The notes under the pieces: model-generated
The model's input: only the letters and a program-made list of their open reading frames with translations
Database searches by the model: none
What the model was told of the DNA's origin: nothing
Part shown: positions 11,723-23,254 of the stretch, piece after piece
How the letters are laid out: each line of letters starts with the position of its first letter
Position numbering within the stretch: the stretch's first letter is position 1
DNA from: Squalus acanthias
Lineage: Eukaryota
Reading direction: 5' to 3'
Length of the DNA: 64,000 nucleotides
NCBI GenBank assembly: GCA_030390025.1
Contig: JASTWF010000088.1
Span: 1,054,001 to 1,118,000 of the forward strand
Position numbers and translations under genes: made by a program

Positions 11723-11909
11723 GGTGATGTTTTGGGGTTCATGCTCTGATGTCTGTGTGTGTGTGTGTGGGGTTGGTGTTTTGGGGTTCATGCCCTGATG
11801 TCTCTGTGCGTGTGGGGGGCTTGGTGTTTTGGGGTTTATGTCCTGATGTGACTCTCTCTTTGGGTTTGATGGTTTGGGGTCCATGCTCTGATGTGTCTCT
11901 GTGTTTCAG
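11723..11909. repeat. Degenerate ~45-50-bp repeat (4 copies) ending in the alpha1 splice acceptor
   Basis: Recurring ttttggggttYatgYYctgatgt; the last copy runs into tctctgtgtttcag. Confidence 0.75.
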
Positions 11910-12170
11910 GCTCTCACTCTCTCCGATATTTCTACACCTCGATGACCCCGATGCCCGGTCTGCCGGAGTTTGTGGCAGTCGGTTATTTGGACGATGCGCA
12001 GTTTGTTCAGTATGACAGCGATCGGAAGCACATGATCCCGCGGCAGCAGTGGACGGCGGAGAGCATGGGCCCCGACTACTGGGAGCGGGAGACAAAGGCT
12101 GCACAGGGCTGGGAGCAGATTGGGAAAGACAATATTCAGACCGCCATGAGGCGGAGCAACCAGACTGGGG
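11910..12170 (+). CDS. UAA: MHC class I heavy chain, alpha1 exon (shark UAA lineage)
   Basis: Acceptor tttcag|GC and donor G|gtgagt, 261 nt, phase 1/1. Translates GSHSLRYFYTSMT...FVAVGYLDD..FVQYDSD...DYWERET...RRSNQTG, with Y7, Y59, R84 and the N86 sequon. Lineage name is from recalled similarity. Confidence 0.95.
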
Positions 12171-12524
12171 GTGAGTCTCCCCCCCCCCCCCCCCTGTCTC
12201 TATCCCTCCCCCACCGGTGTCTCTCTATTTCCCCCCCCCCCCCATGTCTCCCTATTTACGCCCCCCCGTGTTTCCCTATTTCCCCCCCCTCCATGTCTTC
12301 CTATCTCCCCCACCCCGAGTCTCCCTATTCCAGCCCCCGTGTCTCTCTATTCCCCCCTCCCCCCGTGTCTCTCTATTCTCCCCTCCCCCGTGTCTCTCTA
12401 TTCCCCCCTCCCCCCGTGCCTCTCTCTTCCCCCCGTGCCTCTCTTCCCCCCCTCCCCCCGTGTCTCTCTCTTCCCCCTCCCCCCGTGTCTCTCTCTTCCC
12501 CCTCCCCCCCCCCCCCCCGTGTCT
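12171..12524. repeat. C-rich ~25-bp repeat in class I intron 2 (resumes at 15660-15720 after the CR1)
   Basis: Recurring ccccgtgtctctctattcccccct. Confidence 0.85.
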
Positions 12525-12525
12525 G

Positions 12526-15500
12526 CAGGGCATTCTGATGGGGGAGGGCGAACAGTAAGAGGTCGTGGTTCACATTGGTACCAACGACATAGGTAGAAAG
12601 AGGGATGAGGTCCTGCAACAAGAATTTAGGGAGCTAGGTAGCAGATTAAAAAGCAGGACCTCCAAGGTTGTAATCTCTGGATTACTCCTGGTGCCACATG
12701 CTAGTGAGTATAGGAATAGGAGGATAGAGCAGATGAATGCGTGTCTAAAGCGTTGGTGCAGGAGGGAGGGCTTTAGTTTCCTGGATCACTGGGTCTGCTT
12801 CTGGGGAAGGTGGGACCTGTACAAGTCGGACGGGTTGCACCTGAACTGGAATGGGACCAACATCCTTGCGGGGAGGTTTGCTAGTGCTGTTGGGGAGGGT
12901 TTAAACTAATTTGGCAGGGGGATGAGATACGGAGTGGCGCTATAGTAGGGGGTGATGCACAGCTAAATATAGAGGAAAAAACAAGTCAGTCTGGAAGGCA
13001 GAGCAAATATGTAATGGCACAAGGGAGTATGGCAAGGCTGGATAGCATTTATTTTAATGCAAGGAGTCTTGCAAGTAAGGCAGATGAATTGAAGGTGTTG
13101 ATGAACACATGGGAGTATGATATTGTTGCTATCACAGACACATGGTTGAGGGAGGGGCAGGACTGGCAGCTCAATATTTCCAGGGTATAGAATCTTCAGG
13201 CGAGACAGAGAGGGGTGTAAAAGAGGAGGGGGTGTTGCAATATTAATCAAGGAGTCAATTACTGCTATAAGGAGGGATGATATCTTAGCAGGTTCCTCTA
13301 ATGAGGCCATATGGGAAGAACTTAAAACCAAAAAGGGGGCAAGCACTTTTCTGGGAGTGTACTATAGGCCCCCAAACAGTGAGGGGGAGTTAGAGGAACA
13401 GATATGTAGGCAAATCTCAGAAGTGTAGAAATAATAGGGTAATAATAGTAGGGGATTTCAACTTTCCCAATATTAACTGGGATAGTCAGAGTGTGAAAGG
13501 CTTAGAGGGTGCGGAATTCTTAAAGTGCATCCAGGAGAGCTTTTTGAGCAGCATGTAGAAAGTCCTACAAGAGAGGGGGCGGTACTGGACCTAATTTGAG
13601 GGAATGTAGCTGGGTAAGTGGTAGAAGTGTCAGTAGGAGAGCATTTTGGTGACAGTGACCATAATTCGGTGAGATTTAAGGTAGTCATGGAAAAGGACAA
13701 AGATGGACCGGAAATAAAGGTTCTAAATTGGGGGAAGGCCGATTTTAATATGATGAGGCAGGATCTGGCCAAAGTGGACTGGGATCAGCTACATCAGAGC
13801 AGTGGGAGTCATTCAGAAAGGAAATAGAGAGAGTACAGCACCAACATGTTCCCATAAAGGTCAAGGGTGGGACCAACAAGTCCAGGGAACCCTGGATGTC
13901 AAGGGATATACAAGAATGGATTAGGAAAAAAAGGGAGGCTTTTGGCAGATACAAAGGACTAAAAACAGTGGAAGCCCGGGAGGAGTACAGAAAGTGCAGG
14001 GGGGGTACTTAAAGAAATTAGGAGAGCGAAGAGGGGGCATGAAGAAACACTGGTGGGCAATAAGTATTGAGAGGGAGGAGGTATTAGCGGTTTTAGCAGG
14101 CTTAAAAGTGGATAAATCCCCAGGCCCAGATGAGATGTATCCCAGGCTGCTGTGTGAGGCAAGGGAGGAGATTGCAGGGGCTCTGACACAAATTTTCAGA
14201 ACCCCTCTGGCCACAGGGGAGGTGCCAGAGGACTGGAGGACAGCTAACGTAGTACCATTATTCAAGAAGGGTAGTAGGAATAAACCAGGGAATTACAGGC
14301 CAGTGAGCCTAATATCAATGGTAGGGAAGTTATTGGAAAAAATTCTGAGGGACAGAATTAGTCTCCACTTGGAGAGGCAAGGATTAATCAAGGATAGTCA
14401 GCATGGCTTTGTCAGGGGAAGATCATGTCTAACCAATTTGATTGAATTTTTCGAGGGGGTGACTAGGTGTGTGGATGAGGGTAGTGCAGTTCATGTAGTC
14501 TACATGGACTTCAGTAAGGCTTTTGACAAAGTTCCGCATGGGAGACTGGTCAAGAAGGTAAGAGCCCATGGGATCCAGGGCAATTTGGCACATTTTATCC
14601 AAAATTGGCTTAGTGGCAGGAGGCAGAGGGTGATGGTCGAAGGTTGTTTTTGTGACTGGAAGCCTGTGTCCAGTGGTGTACCGCAGGGATCGGTGTTGGG
14701 TCCTTTGCTGTTTGTAGTGTACATTAATGATTTAGATATGAATGGAGGAGGTATGATCAATAAGTTCGCAGATGACACGAAAATTGGTGGAGTGGTATAT
14801 AGCGAGGAGGGAAGCCTCAGGCTACAGGACGATAGACGAGTTGGTCAGATGGGCAGAACAGTGGCAAATGGAATTTAACCCTGAAAAGTGTGAGGTGATG
14901 CATTTTGGGAGGACTAATAAGGCAAGGGAATACACAATGAATGGTAGGACCCTAGGAAGGACAGAGGATCAGAGGGACCTTGGTGTGCATGTACATAGAT
15001 CCCTGAAGGCAGCAGGACAGGTAGATAAGGTGGTTAAGAAGGCATATGGGATACTTATATTCTATGCCTCGGCTAATGAAGGCAAGAGCAGGGAGGTTAT
15101 GATGGAGCTGTACAAAACGCTAGTTAGGCCACAGCTGGAATACTGTGTGCAGTTCTGGTCGCCACACTATAGGAAGGATGTGATTGCATTGGAGAGGGTG
15201 CAGAGGAGATTCACCAGGATGTTACCTGGGCTGAAGCGTTTCAGCTATGAGGAGAGACTGGACAGGCTGGGGTTGTTTTCCTTAGAGCAGAGAAGGCTGA
15301 GGGGGGACCTGATTGAGGTGTACAAAATTATGAGGAGCATAAATAGGGTAGATAGAAAGGAACTTTTCCCCTTAGTAAAGGGGGCCAATAACCAGGGGGC
15401 ATAGTTTCAAGGTGAGGGGATTTGAGGAAAAACTTTTTCACCCAGAGGGTGGTTGGAATCTGGAACTCACTGCCTGAAAGGGTGATAGAGGCAGGAACCC

Positions 15501-15662
15501 TCAACATTCAAGAAGCATTTAGATGAGCACTTGACACGCCATAGCATACAAGGCTACGGACCAAGTGCTGGAAAATGGGATTAGAATAGATAGGGCTTGA
15601 TGGCCGGCGCAGACATGATGGGTCGAAGGGACTCTTTCTGTGCTGTATATCTCCATGACTCT
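12526..15662 (+). mobile_element. CR1 LINE (partial ORF1, ORF2 with internal deletions) in intron 2
   Basis: VHIGTNDIG...DGLHLN; GDSDHN; RT at 13994-15404; 3' tail. Confidence 0.92.
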
Positions 15663-15771
15663 ATTCTCCACCCCCCCCCCCCCCCCGTGTCTCTCTATTC
15701 CATCCCCTCCCCCGTGTGTGCGGGGTCTCTATGGGCCGGGCTGTGATTGACTGTGTGTTTGTGATTGACAG

Positions 15772-16044
15772 GGATCCACACGCTCCAGGTGATGTACGGC
15801 TGTGAGCTGCGGGATGACGGCTCCACCGCCGGGTTCTATCAGTACGGCTGGGACGGGAAAGATTTCATCAGCTTCGACAAGGAGCACCTGGTGTGGGTCT
15901 CCCCGGTAACGTGGGGAGTGGTCAGCAAGAACAAGTGGGACCAGAACAGGGCTGGGAACGAGCAGGTGAAGGTTTACCTGAAGGAGGTGTGCATCGAGTG
16001 GCTGAAGAAATACTTGATGGCCGGAGAGAGAGAACGGAGACCCG
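15772..16044 (+). CDS. UAA: MHC class I heavy chain, alpha2 exon
   Basis: gacag|GG...CCCG|gtgagt, 273 nt, phase 1/1. Translates GIHTLQVMYGCEL...YGWDGKDFISFD...KNKWD...YLKEVCIEWLKKYL, with C101/C164, K146, W147, Y159, W167 and Y171. Confidence 0.95.
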
Positions 16045-16049
16045 GTGAG

Positions 16050-16628
16050 TGAGGGCAAGGGGGTTGCGAGAGCACGGACGAGGGGGGTGCGAGAGCGCAG
16101 GCGAGGGGGGTGCGAGTGCGAGGGGGGTGCGAGGGCGAGGGCGAGGGGGTGCGCGGGCGAGTGGGTTGCGAGAGCGCGGGCGAGGGGGGTGCGAGGGCGA
16201 GGGGGGTGCGAGAGCGTGGCTGGGAGAGGGGGAGCGAGAGCGTGGCGGGGAGACGGGGAGCGAGAGCGTGGCGGGGAGAGGGGGAGCGAGTGTGTGGCGG
16301 GGAGAGGGGGAGTGAGAGCGTGGCGGGGAGAGGGGGAGCGAGTGCGTGGCGGGGAGAGGGGGAGCGAGAGCGTGGCGGGGAGAGGGGGAGCGAGTGCGTG
16401 GCGGGAAGAGGGGGAGCGAGTGCGTGGCGGGGAGAGGGGGAGCGAGTGCGTGGCGGGAAGAGGGGGAGCGAGTGCGTGGCGGGGAGAGGGGGAGCGAGTG
16501 CGTGGTGGGGAGAGGGGGAGTGAGTGCGTGGCGGGGAGAGGGGGAGCGAGTGCGTGGCGGGGAGAGGGGGAGCGAGTGCGTGGCGGGGAGAGGGGGAGCG
16601 AGTGCGTGGCGGGGAGAGGGAGTGGGGG
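16050..16628. repeat. G-rich ~26-bp minisatellite at the start of intron 3
   Basis: Unit gagtgcgtggcggggagagggggagc. Confidence 0.92.
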
Positions 16629-16629
16629 C

Positions 16630-19513
16630 TGACAATCATTTCTGCTGCTACCGATCTGCTCAACCACACCCTCACCACCACCTTTGATGCCCCAGTCTCC
16701 ACTGAAACCATTACTCTCTCTCACCCTGGCCTTTCCCTCGGTACGGCCCTCATCTTCGCTCTCGACGTCCAAGGGCTGCAGACTTGAACGGATGTGGCGG
16801 ACAACTGGTTTAGCCGTTCACTACCACATCTGTCTGGACCACATAAAGAATTATCGGGTCCCTGCTCTCGTCTGCCAAAACTGCTCACTATTCCAGAATC
16901 ATCCTGGAATGCAAAGATCACCCCCGGCTTCTTTTCTCTACTGCAAACCGTCTTCTTAAACCTCTCTTCCCTGTGTCCTGCACCCTCACCTCCAACAACA
17001 GGAGTGAGGAGCTCACTGACATCTTTGTCACTAAGATTGATACACTCAGATCATCTGCCTCTGCCACTTCCCGAACCCCACCGGGCCAAATTGCGTCTAA
17101 GGTTCCCCCCGCCCTAGCCCTGAACTCGCATCTTTCTGTAGTTTCTCTCCTATCTCCCCTCATGCCCTCTCTGAACTCATCTTGTCCATGAGACCCACCT
17201 CCTGCTCCCTCAACCCTATTCCCACTAAACTGCTGACCACCCAACTTCCCTTCCTGGCCCCCATGTTAGCTGATATTGTTAATTGTTTTCTCTCCTTGGG
17301 TACTGTCCCCCTCTCACTCAAATCTGTTGTCATCACCCCTCTCCTCAAAAAAAACAACCCTTGACTCCTCCATCCTTGCAAACTATCGCCCCATCTCCAA
17401 CCTCCCTTTCCTCAAGTCCTTCAACGTATTGTCGCCTCTCAAATCTGTGCCCATCTTTCCCGGAATTCCATGTTTGAATTCCTCCAATCCGGCTTCTGCC
17501 CCTGCCACAGTACCGAAACGGCTCTTATCAAGGTCACAGGTGACATCCTATGTGACTGTGACAAAGGTAAATTATCCCTTCTCGTCCTTCTCGACCGGTC
17601 TGCAGCCCTTGACACGGTTGACTACTCCATCCTCCTCCAACGTCTCTCCACTGTCATCCAGCTGGGTGGGACTGCACTCGCCGGTCACATTCTTATCTAT
17701 CTAATCATAGCCAGTGAATCACCTGCAATGGCTTCTCTTCCTGCTCCTGCACCGTTACCTCAGGTGTTCCCCAAGGATCTATCCTTGGCCCCCACCAATT
17801 TCTCATCTACTTGCTGCCCCTCGGCGACATCATCCGAAAACACAGCGTTAGTTTCCACATGTACGCTGATGACACCCAGCTCTACCTCCACTTCTCTCGA
17901 CCCCTTCATGTCTCTGAATTGTCAGACTGCTTGTCCGACACCTAGTACTGGATGAACAGAAATTTCCTCCAACTAAATATTGGGAAGATCGAAGCCATTG
18001 TCTTCGGTCCCCGCCACAAACTCCGATCCCTAGCCACCGACTCCATCCCTCTCCCTGGCAGACTGTTCGCAACTTTGTCTCATATTTGACCTCGAGATGA
18101 GCTTCCGACCACATATCCGCGCCATCGCTAAGACCGCCAGTTTCCATCACCGGAACATCGCTCGACTCCACCCCTGCCTCAGCTCCTCTCCTGCTGCACC
18201 TCATCAATGCCTTTGTTATCTTTAGACTTGACTATTCCAACGCACTCCTGGCCGAACTCCCACGTTCCACCCTACTTGAGGTCATCCAAAACTCTGCTGC
18301 CCGTGTCCTAACTTGCACCAAATCCTGTTCACTCATCACCCCTGTGCTCACTGACCTACATTGGCTTCCGGTTAAGCAACACCTCCATTATAAAATTCTC
18401 CTCCATGTTTTCAAATCCCACCATAGCCTTGCCCCTCGCTATCTCTATAATTTCCTTCAGCTCCACAACCCTCCGAGATAGCTGCGCTCCTCTAATTCTA
18501 GCCTCTTGAACGTCACTCCACCATTGGTGGCCATGCTTTCACCTGCAAGGCCCTAGGCTCTGGCATTCCCTCGCTAAATATATCTCTCCGCCTCTCTACC
18601 TCTTTCCTCCTTAAGACATTCCTTAAAACCTATGGTCCAGAAATTCGGGTCGGAGGCTTCCTGCGGGTGCAAGCCCCCAACCTGCACTTACCTAGCGCGC
18701 CTGCCGTTGTGCTGTGGGCCCGCGTGGGATTCCGATCCTGGGCTTCCTCCAGCTGCCGGCGCGCAGTGCCTGCGTATCCCAGGGACGCAGTTAGTTCGAA
18801 GTGTCCCCTGGGATCACGTGGGCCATGGAGAGCCAATCATAGCTGGGAATCTCCATTCATAGATTTGACAGGAAGACCTGTCAAATCTATGAATAGAGAT
18901 CGGCCCCAAAACATAACTAAAACTTCAAATAATTTTTTTTTTTAAATCACATTTTTAAAATAACTATAAATTACATAAATTAACTATTTTAAACAAAAAT
19001 TTAAATTTTTGAAAACATTAATTACAGTTTTTAACGGGGCTAAAAATAAACTTACCTTTCTTTAAAGTATTTAAAAAAGATAAACCTGTGGGGAAAATTT
19101 TTTTACATTTTACTTAATTCACCACTTACCTTGTTAAAAGCAGGCCTTGCGCCTGCTTTTTCCCCACGCAGCTGCTGGGGACTTACCCTCACAGAGAAAC
19201 CTGAAAAAAAACCGGAAGTCCGATGCGTACGCGCTGCTTCTCCGACGCATGTGTTTGACCTCTGAACCCCTTTCTTCAAGGGAACGGAAGTTCCGGTTTC
19301 CAGCGCATGCGCAGTGCATGCGCGACACCGGCACTTTCGTTGGGTCTATGGGTGAGTACACAGCGCGTTCTCACCCGTGGAGACCCGAATTTCTGGCCCT
19401 ACATCTCTGCCCTAATATCTCCTTATGCGGCTCGGTGTCAAATTTTGTTTTACAATGCTCCTGTGAAGCGTTTTACTACATTAAAGGCGCTATATAAATA
19501 TGAGTTGGTGTTG
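16630..19513 (+). mobile_element. L2-clade LINE, 5'-truncated and degenerate, split by a MITE
   Basis: PTSCSLNPIPTKLL, NYRPISNLPFL, QSGFCPCHSTETALIKV, LDYSN-like segment; tail aaaggcgctatataaat. Confidence 0.9.
18634..19399. mobile_element. Harbinger/PIF-like MITE
   Basis: TIRs ggtccagaaattcgggtc / gacccgaatttctggccc; 3-bp flanks tat/tac; GC-rich ends with an AT-rich core. Confidence 0.8.
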
Positions 19514-19550
19514 GTGAGGGGGGTGGAATGACGACGACTGAGATTCGGTG

Positions 19551-20940
19551 GTCTCATCCCCAGTTTAAAGGGTATGTACCGTTCCCTGGGGTCGGGGGTC
19601 TCATGCCCAGTTTAAAGGGGTATGTACCGTTCCCTGCGGTCAGGGTCTAATCCCCAGTTTAAAGGGGTATGTACCGTTCCCTGGGGTTGGGGTCTCATCC
19701 CCAGTTTAAAGGGGGATGTACCGTTCCCTGGGGTTGGGGTCTCATCCCCAGTTTAAAGGGTATGTACCGTTCCCTGCGGTCAGGGTCTAATCCCCAGTTT
19801 AAAGGGGTATGTACCGTTCCCTGGGGTCGGGGTCTCATCCCCAGTTTAAAGGGGGATGTACCGTTCCCTGGGGTTGGATTCTAATCCCCAGTTTAAAGGG
19901 TATGTACCGTTCCCTGGGGTCGGGGTCTCATTCCCAGTTTAAAGGGGTATGTACCGTTCCCTGGGGTCAAGGTCTAATCCCCAGTTTAAAGGGGTATGTA
20001 CCGTTCCCTGGGGTTGGATTCTAATCCCCAGTTTAAAGGGGTATGTACCGTTCCCTGGGGTCAAGGTCCAATCCCCAGTTTAAAGGGGTATGTACCGTTC
20101 CCTGGGGTCGGGGTCTAATCCCCAGTTTAAAGGGGTATGTACCGTTCCCTGGGGTTGGATTCTAATCCCCAGTTTAAAGGGGTATGTACCGTTCCCTGGG
20201 TCAAGGTCTAATCCCCAGTTTAAAGGGGTATGTACCGTTCCCTGGGGTCGGGGTCTAATCCCCAGTTTAAAGGGGTATGTACCGTTCCCTGGGGTTGGAT
20301 TCTAATCCCCAGTTTAAAGGGGTATGTACCGTACCGTGGGGTCGGGGTCTCATTCCCAGTTTAAAGGGGTATGTACCCTTCCCTGGGGTCGGGGTCTCAT
20401 CCCCAGTTTAAAGGAGTATGTACCGTTCCCTGGGGTCGGGGTCTAATCCCCAGTTTAAAGGGGTATGTACCGTTCCCTGGGGTCGGGGTCTCATTCCCAG
20501 TTTAAAGGAGTATGTACCGTTCCCTGGGGTCGGGGTCTAATCCCCAGTTTAAAGGGGTAGGCACCATTCCCTGGGGTCGGGGTCTAATCCCCAGTTTAAA
20601 GGGGGATGTACCGTTCGCTGGGGTCGGGGTCTCATCCCCAGTTTAAAGGGGTATGTACCATTCCCTGGGGTCGGGGTCTAATCCCCAGTTTAAAGGGGTA
20701 TGTACCGTTCCCTGGAGTCGGGGTCTAATCCCCAGTTTAAAGGGGTATGTACCATTCCCTGGGGTCGGGGTCTCATTCCCAGTTTAAAGGGGTATGTACT
20801 GTTCCCTGGGGTCGGGGTCTAATCCCCAGTTTAAAGGGGTATGTACCGTTCCCTGGGGTCGGGGTCTCATTCCCAGTTTAAAGGGGTATGTACCGTTCCC
20901 TGGGGTCGGGGTCTCATCCCTAGGTCTAATCCCCAGTTTT
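19551..20940. repeat. 47-bp minisatellite, ~29 copies (resumes at 22793-22865)
   Basis: Unit ccccagtttaaaggggtatgtaccgttccctggggtcggggtctaat. Confidence 0.95.
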
Positions 20941-22792
20941 AATGAAGAATTCTATCATGCTATGGTGACGCTTTCCTAAAGGACCCCGCACAACAAGATT
21001 ATTAATTAACCCCTTCTCATTGCACAATACCCAATCTAGGGTAGCCTGTTCCCTAGTTGGCTCCTCACCGTACTGGTCTAAAACACCATCTCATACACAC
21101 TCCAGGAATTCATCCTCCACAGTATTATTGCTAATTTGGTTTGGTCAGTCTATATGTAGATTAAAGTCACCCTTGTTAGTAGTACCCTTGTTACATGCAT
21201 CTCTAATTTCCTGTTTGATGCCATCCCCTACATTACCACTACTGTTTGGAGGCCTATCGACAACTCCCACCAATGTTTTCTGCCACTTGGTGCTTCTTAG
21301 CTCCACCAAGACTGATTCTACATCTTGATTTTCTGTGCCAATATCCTTTCTCACTATTGCTCTGATTTCATCCTTTACTAACAACTCCACCCCACCTCCT
21401 TTTCCTTTTTGCCTGTCCTACCTAAATATCGAATATCCTTGGATATTCAGCTCCCAGCCTTGGTCACCCTGCAGCCATGTCTCCGTAATTGCAATTATAT
21501 CGTATCCATTTACATCTATTTGCGCTGTTAATTCGTCTACCTTATTACGAATGCTTCGAGCATTCAGATACAGTGCCTTTAGATTTGTCTTACCATTTTT
21601 AGACATCTTAACATTTTTTTGTACTATGGCCCTATTTGTCTTATTACCATTTTTTCTTACCTGGACCCTATTTGTTGGTGCACTCCTTTGTTTGTACGCT
21701 CTGTCCCTTCCTGACACAATCTGGCTATCCCTACCCCAATCACTTTCCTGCACTGCTTCCTTGTCTTTTCTCTTTAGCATTCTAGATTTCTCTCCACCGG
21801 GACCCTCCCACCCCACCCCCCCCCCCCCACCCCCTCCCTTTATTTAGTTTAAAGCCCTATCTACCTCCCTAGTTATTCGATTCACTGGAACTCTGGTCCC
21901 AGCATGGTTCAGGTGTAGTCGGTCCCAACGGAACAGCTCTCTCTTTCCCCAGTACTGGTGCCAGTGCCCCAGGAATTGAAACCCACTTCACCAATCTTTG
22001 AGCCACGCATTCATCTCCCTGATCCGATTGACCCTATGCCAATTTGCTCGTGGCTCCGGTAATAATCCAGAGATTATGACCTTTGTGGTTCTGCTTTTTA
22101 ATTTAGTCCCTAGCTGCTCAAACTCTCTCACCAGAACCTCTTTCTTTGTCCTACCTATGTCGTGGACCACGACAACTGGATCCTCCCCCTCCAACTCCAA
22201 TTTCTTCTCCAGCCCGGAGGAGATGTCCTTTACCCTGGCACTGGGTAGGCAACATAGCCTTCGGGACTCATGCTCCTGGCTGCAGAGAACAATGTCTATC
22301 CCCCTAACTATACTGTCGCCTACTACAACCACCTTCCTTTTTACTCCCCCCACTTGAACGGCTTCCTGTACCACGGTGCTGTGGTCAGTTTGCTCGTCAT
22401 CCTCGCACTTGTCCACAAGGGTTGCAAGAACCTCGAATCTATTGGACAAGTGCAGGGACTGAGGCTCCTGCAATGCTACCTCCTGGATCCCCGTACCTGC
22501 CTCACTCGCAGTCACACCCTCCTGTCCCTGACCACGTGTCAATTCTAAAGTATTTAATCTAAGGGGTGTGGCTGCCTCCTGGAGCAAAAGGGCCAGGTAA
22601 CTTTCTCCCTCCCTGATGTCTCGCAATGTCTGCAGCTCGGACTCCAGCTTCTCAACTCGGAGCCGAAGTTGCTCGAGCCGCAGACACTTACCGCAGATGT
22701 AGTCGCCCTGGACAAAAATGTCCACAAGCTCCCACATATTGTAACAGCAACACATCTCCTGTTCTCCCATTAATTAATTAATTTAATTAATT
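20941..22792 (-). mobile_element. CR1 5' half only (ORF1 zinc finger/leucine zipper/esterase plus start of the APE endonuclease)
   Basis: ICGKCLRLEQLRLRV, VVVGDSIVR, LYLNARSIRNK...IAITETWL. Confidence 0.9.
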
Positions 22793-22908
22793 AGTTTAAA
22801 GGGGTATACACCATTCCCTGGGGTCGGGGTCTAATCCCCAGTTTAAAGGGGTATGTATGGTTCCCGTCTCTCACTGACTTGGCTCTGATCTGTTTTATTC
22901 TCTCTCAG

Positions 22909-23180
22909 TTGCTCCTCGAGTGTTTCCTTCTGTGAACAAGGCATCAACTATTGGACCGGCCGAACTCTCCTGCCTCGTCACGGGCTTTTACCCTCGCGAT
23001 ATCGAAGTCACCCTCCTGAGAAATGGCCAGCCGATCACGGACACGGAGTCCACTGGCATCCTGCCCAACCACGATGGCACCTACCAGCTCACGAGATGTG
23101 CTCAGATCGAGCTCGAGGATGGAGCCACCTATTCCTGTCAGTATAAGCAGAGCAGCAAAGCAGGAGTGGTGACTATTGGG
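22909..23180 (+). CDS. UAA: MHC class I heavy chain, alpha3 (Ig C1) exon; 3' end out of phase, alternative donor after 23217
   Basis: Acceptor tctcag|TT. Translates VAPRVFPSV...LSCLVTGFYPRDIEVTLLRNG...LPNHDGTYQL...YSCQY. The donor gtaaga at 23181 gives 272 nt (phase 0); gtgagt at 23218 gives 309 nt (phase 1). Confidence 0.92.
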
Positions 23181-23254
23181 GTAAGAGAAACAGCGACTGC
23201 AGGGGCATTGTCTCTCGGTGAGTCTTAAAGATGTTTATAATCACCTCTCCTCAT

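Noticed and set aside
11891-11909. In-frame ATG (MCLCVS) as a leader for alpha1
   Set aside because: Only six residues, inside the acceptor pyrimidine tract; not a signal peptide.
19551-20940. CRISPR-like appearance of the regular arrays (also the 54-, 61- and 49-bp arrays)
   Set aside because: Head-to-tail repeats without unique spacers, no cas genes, and a eukaryotic context.
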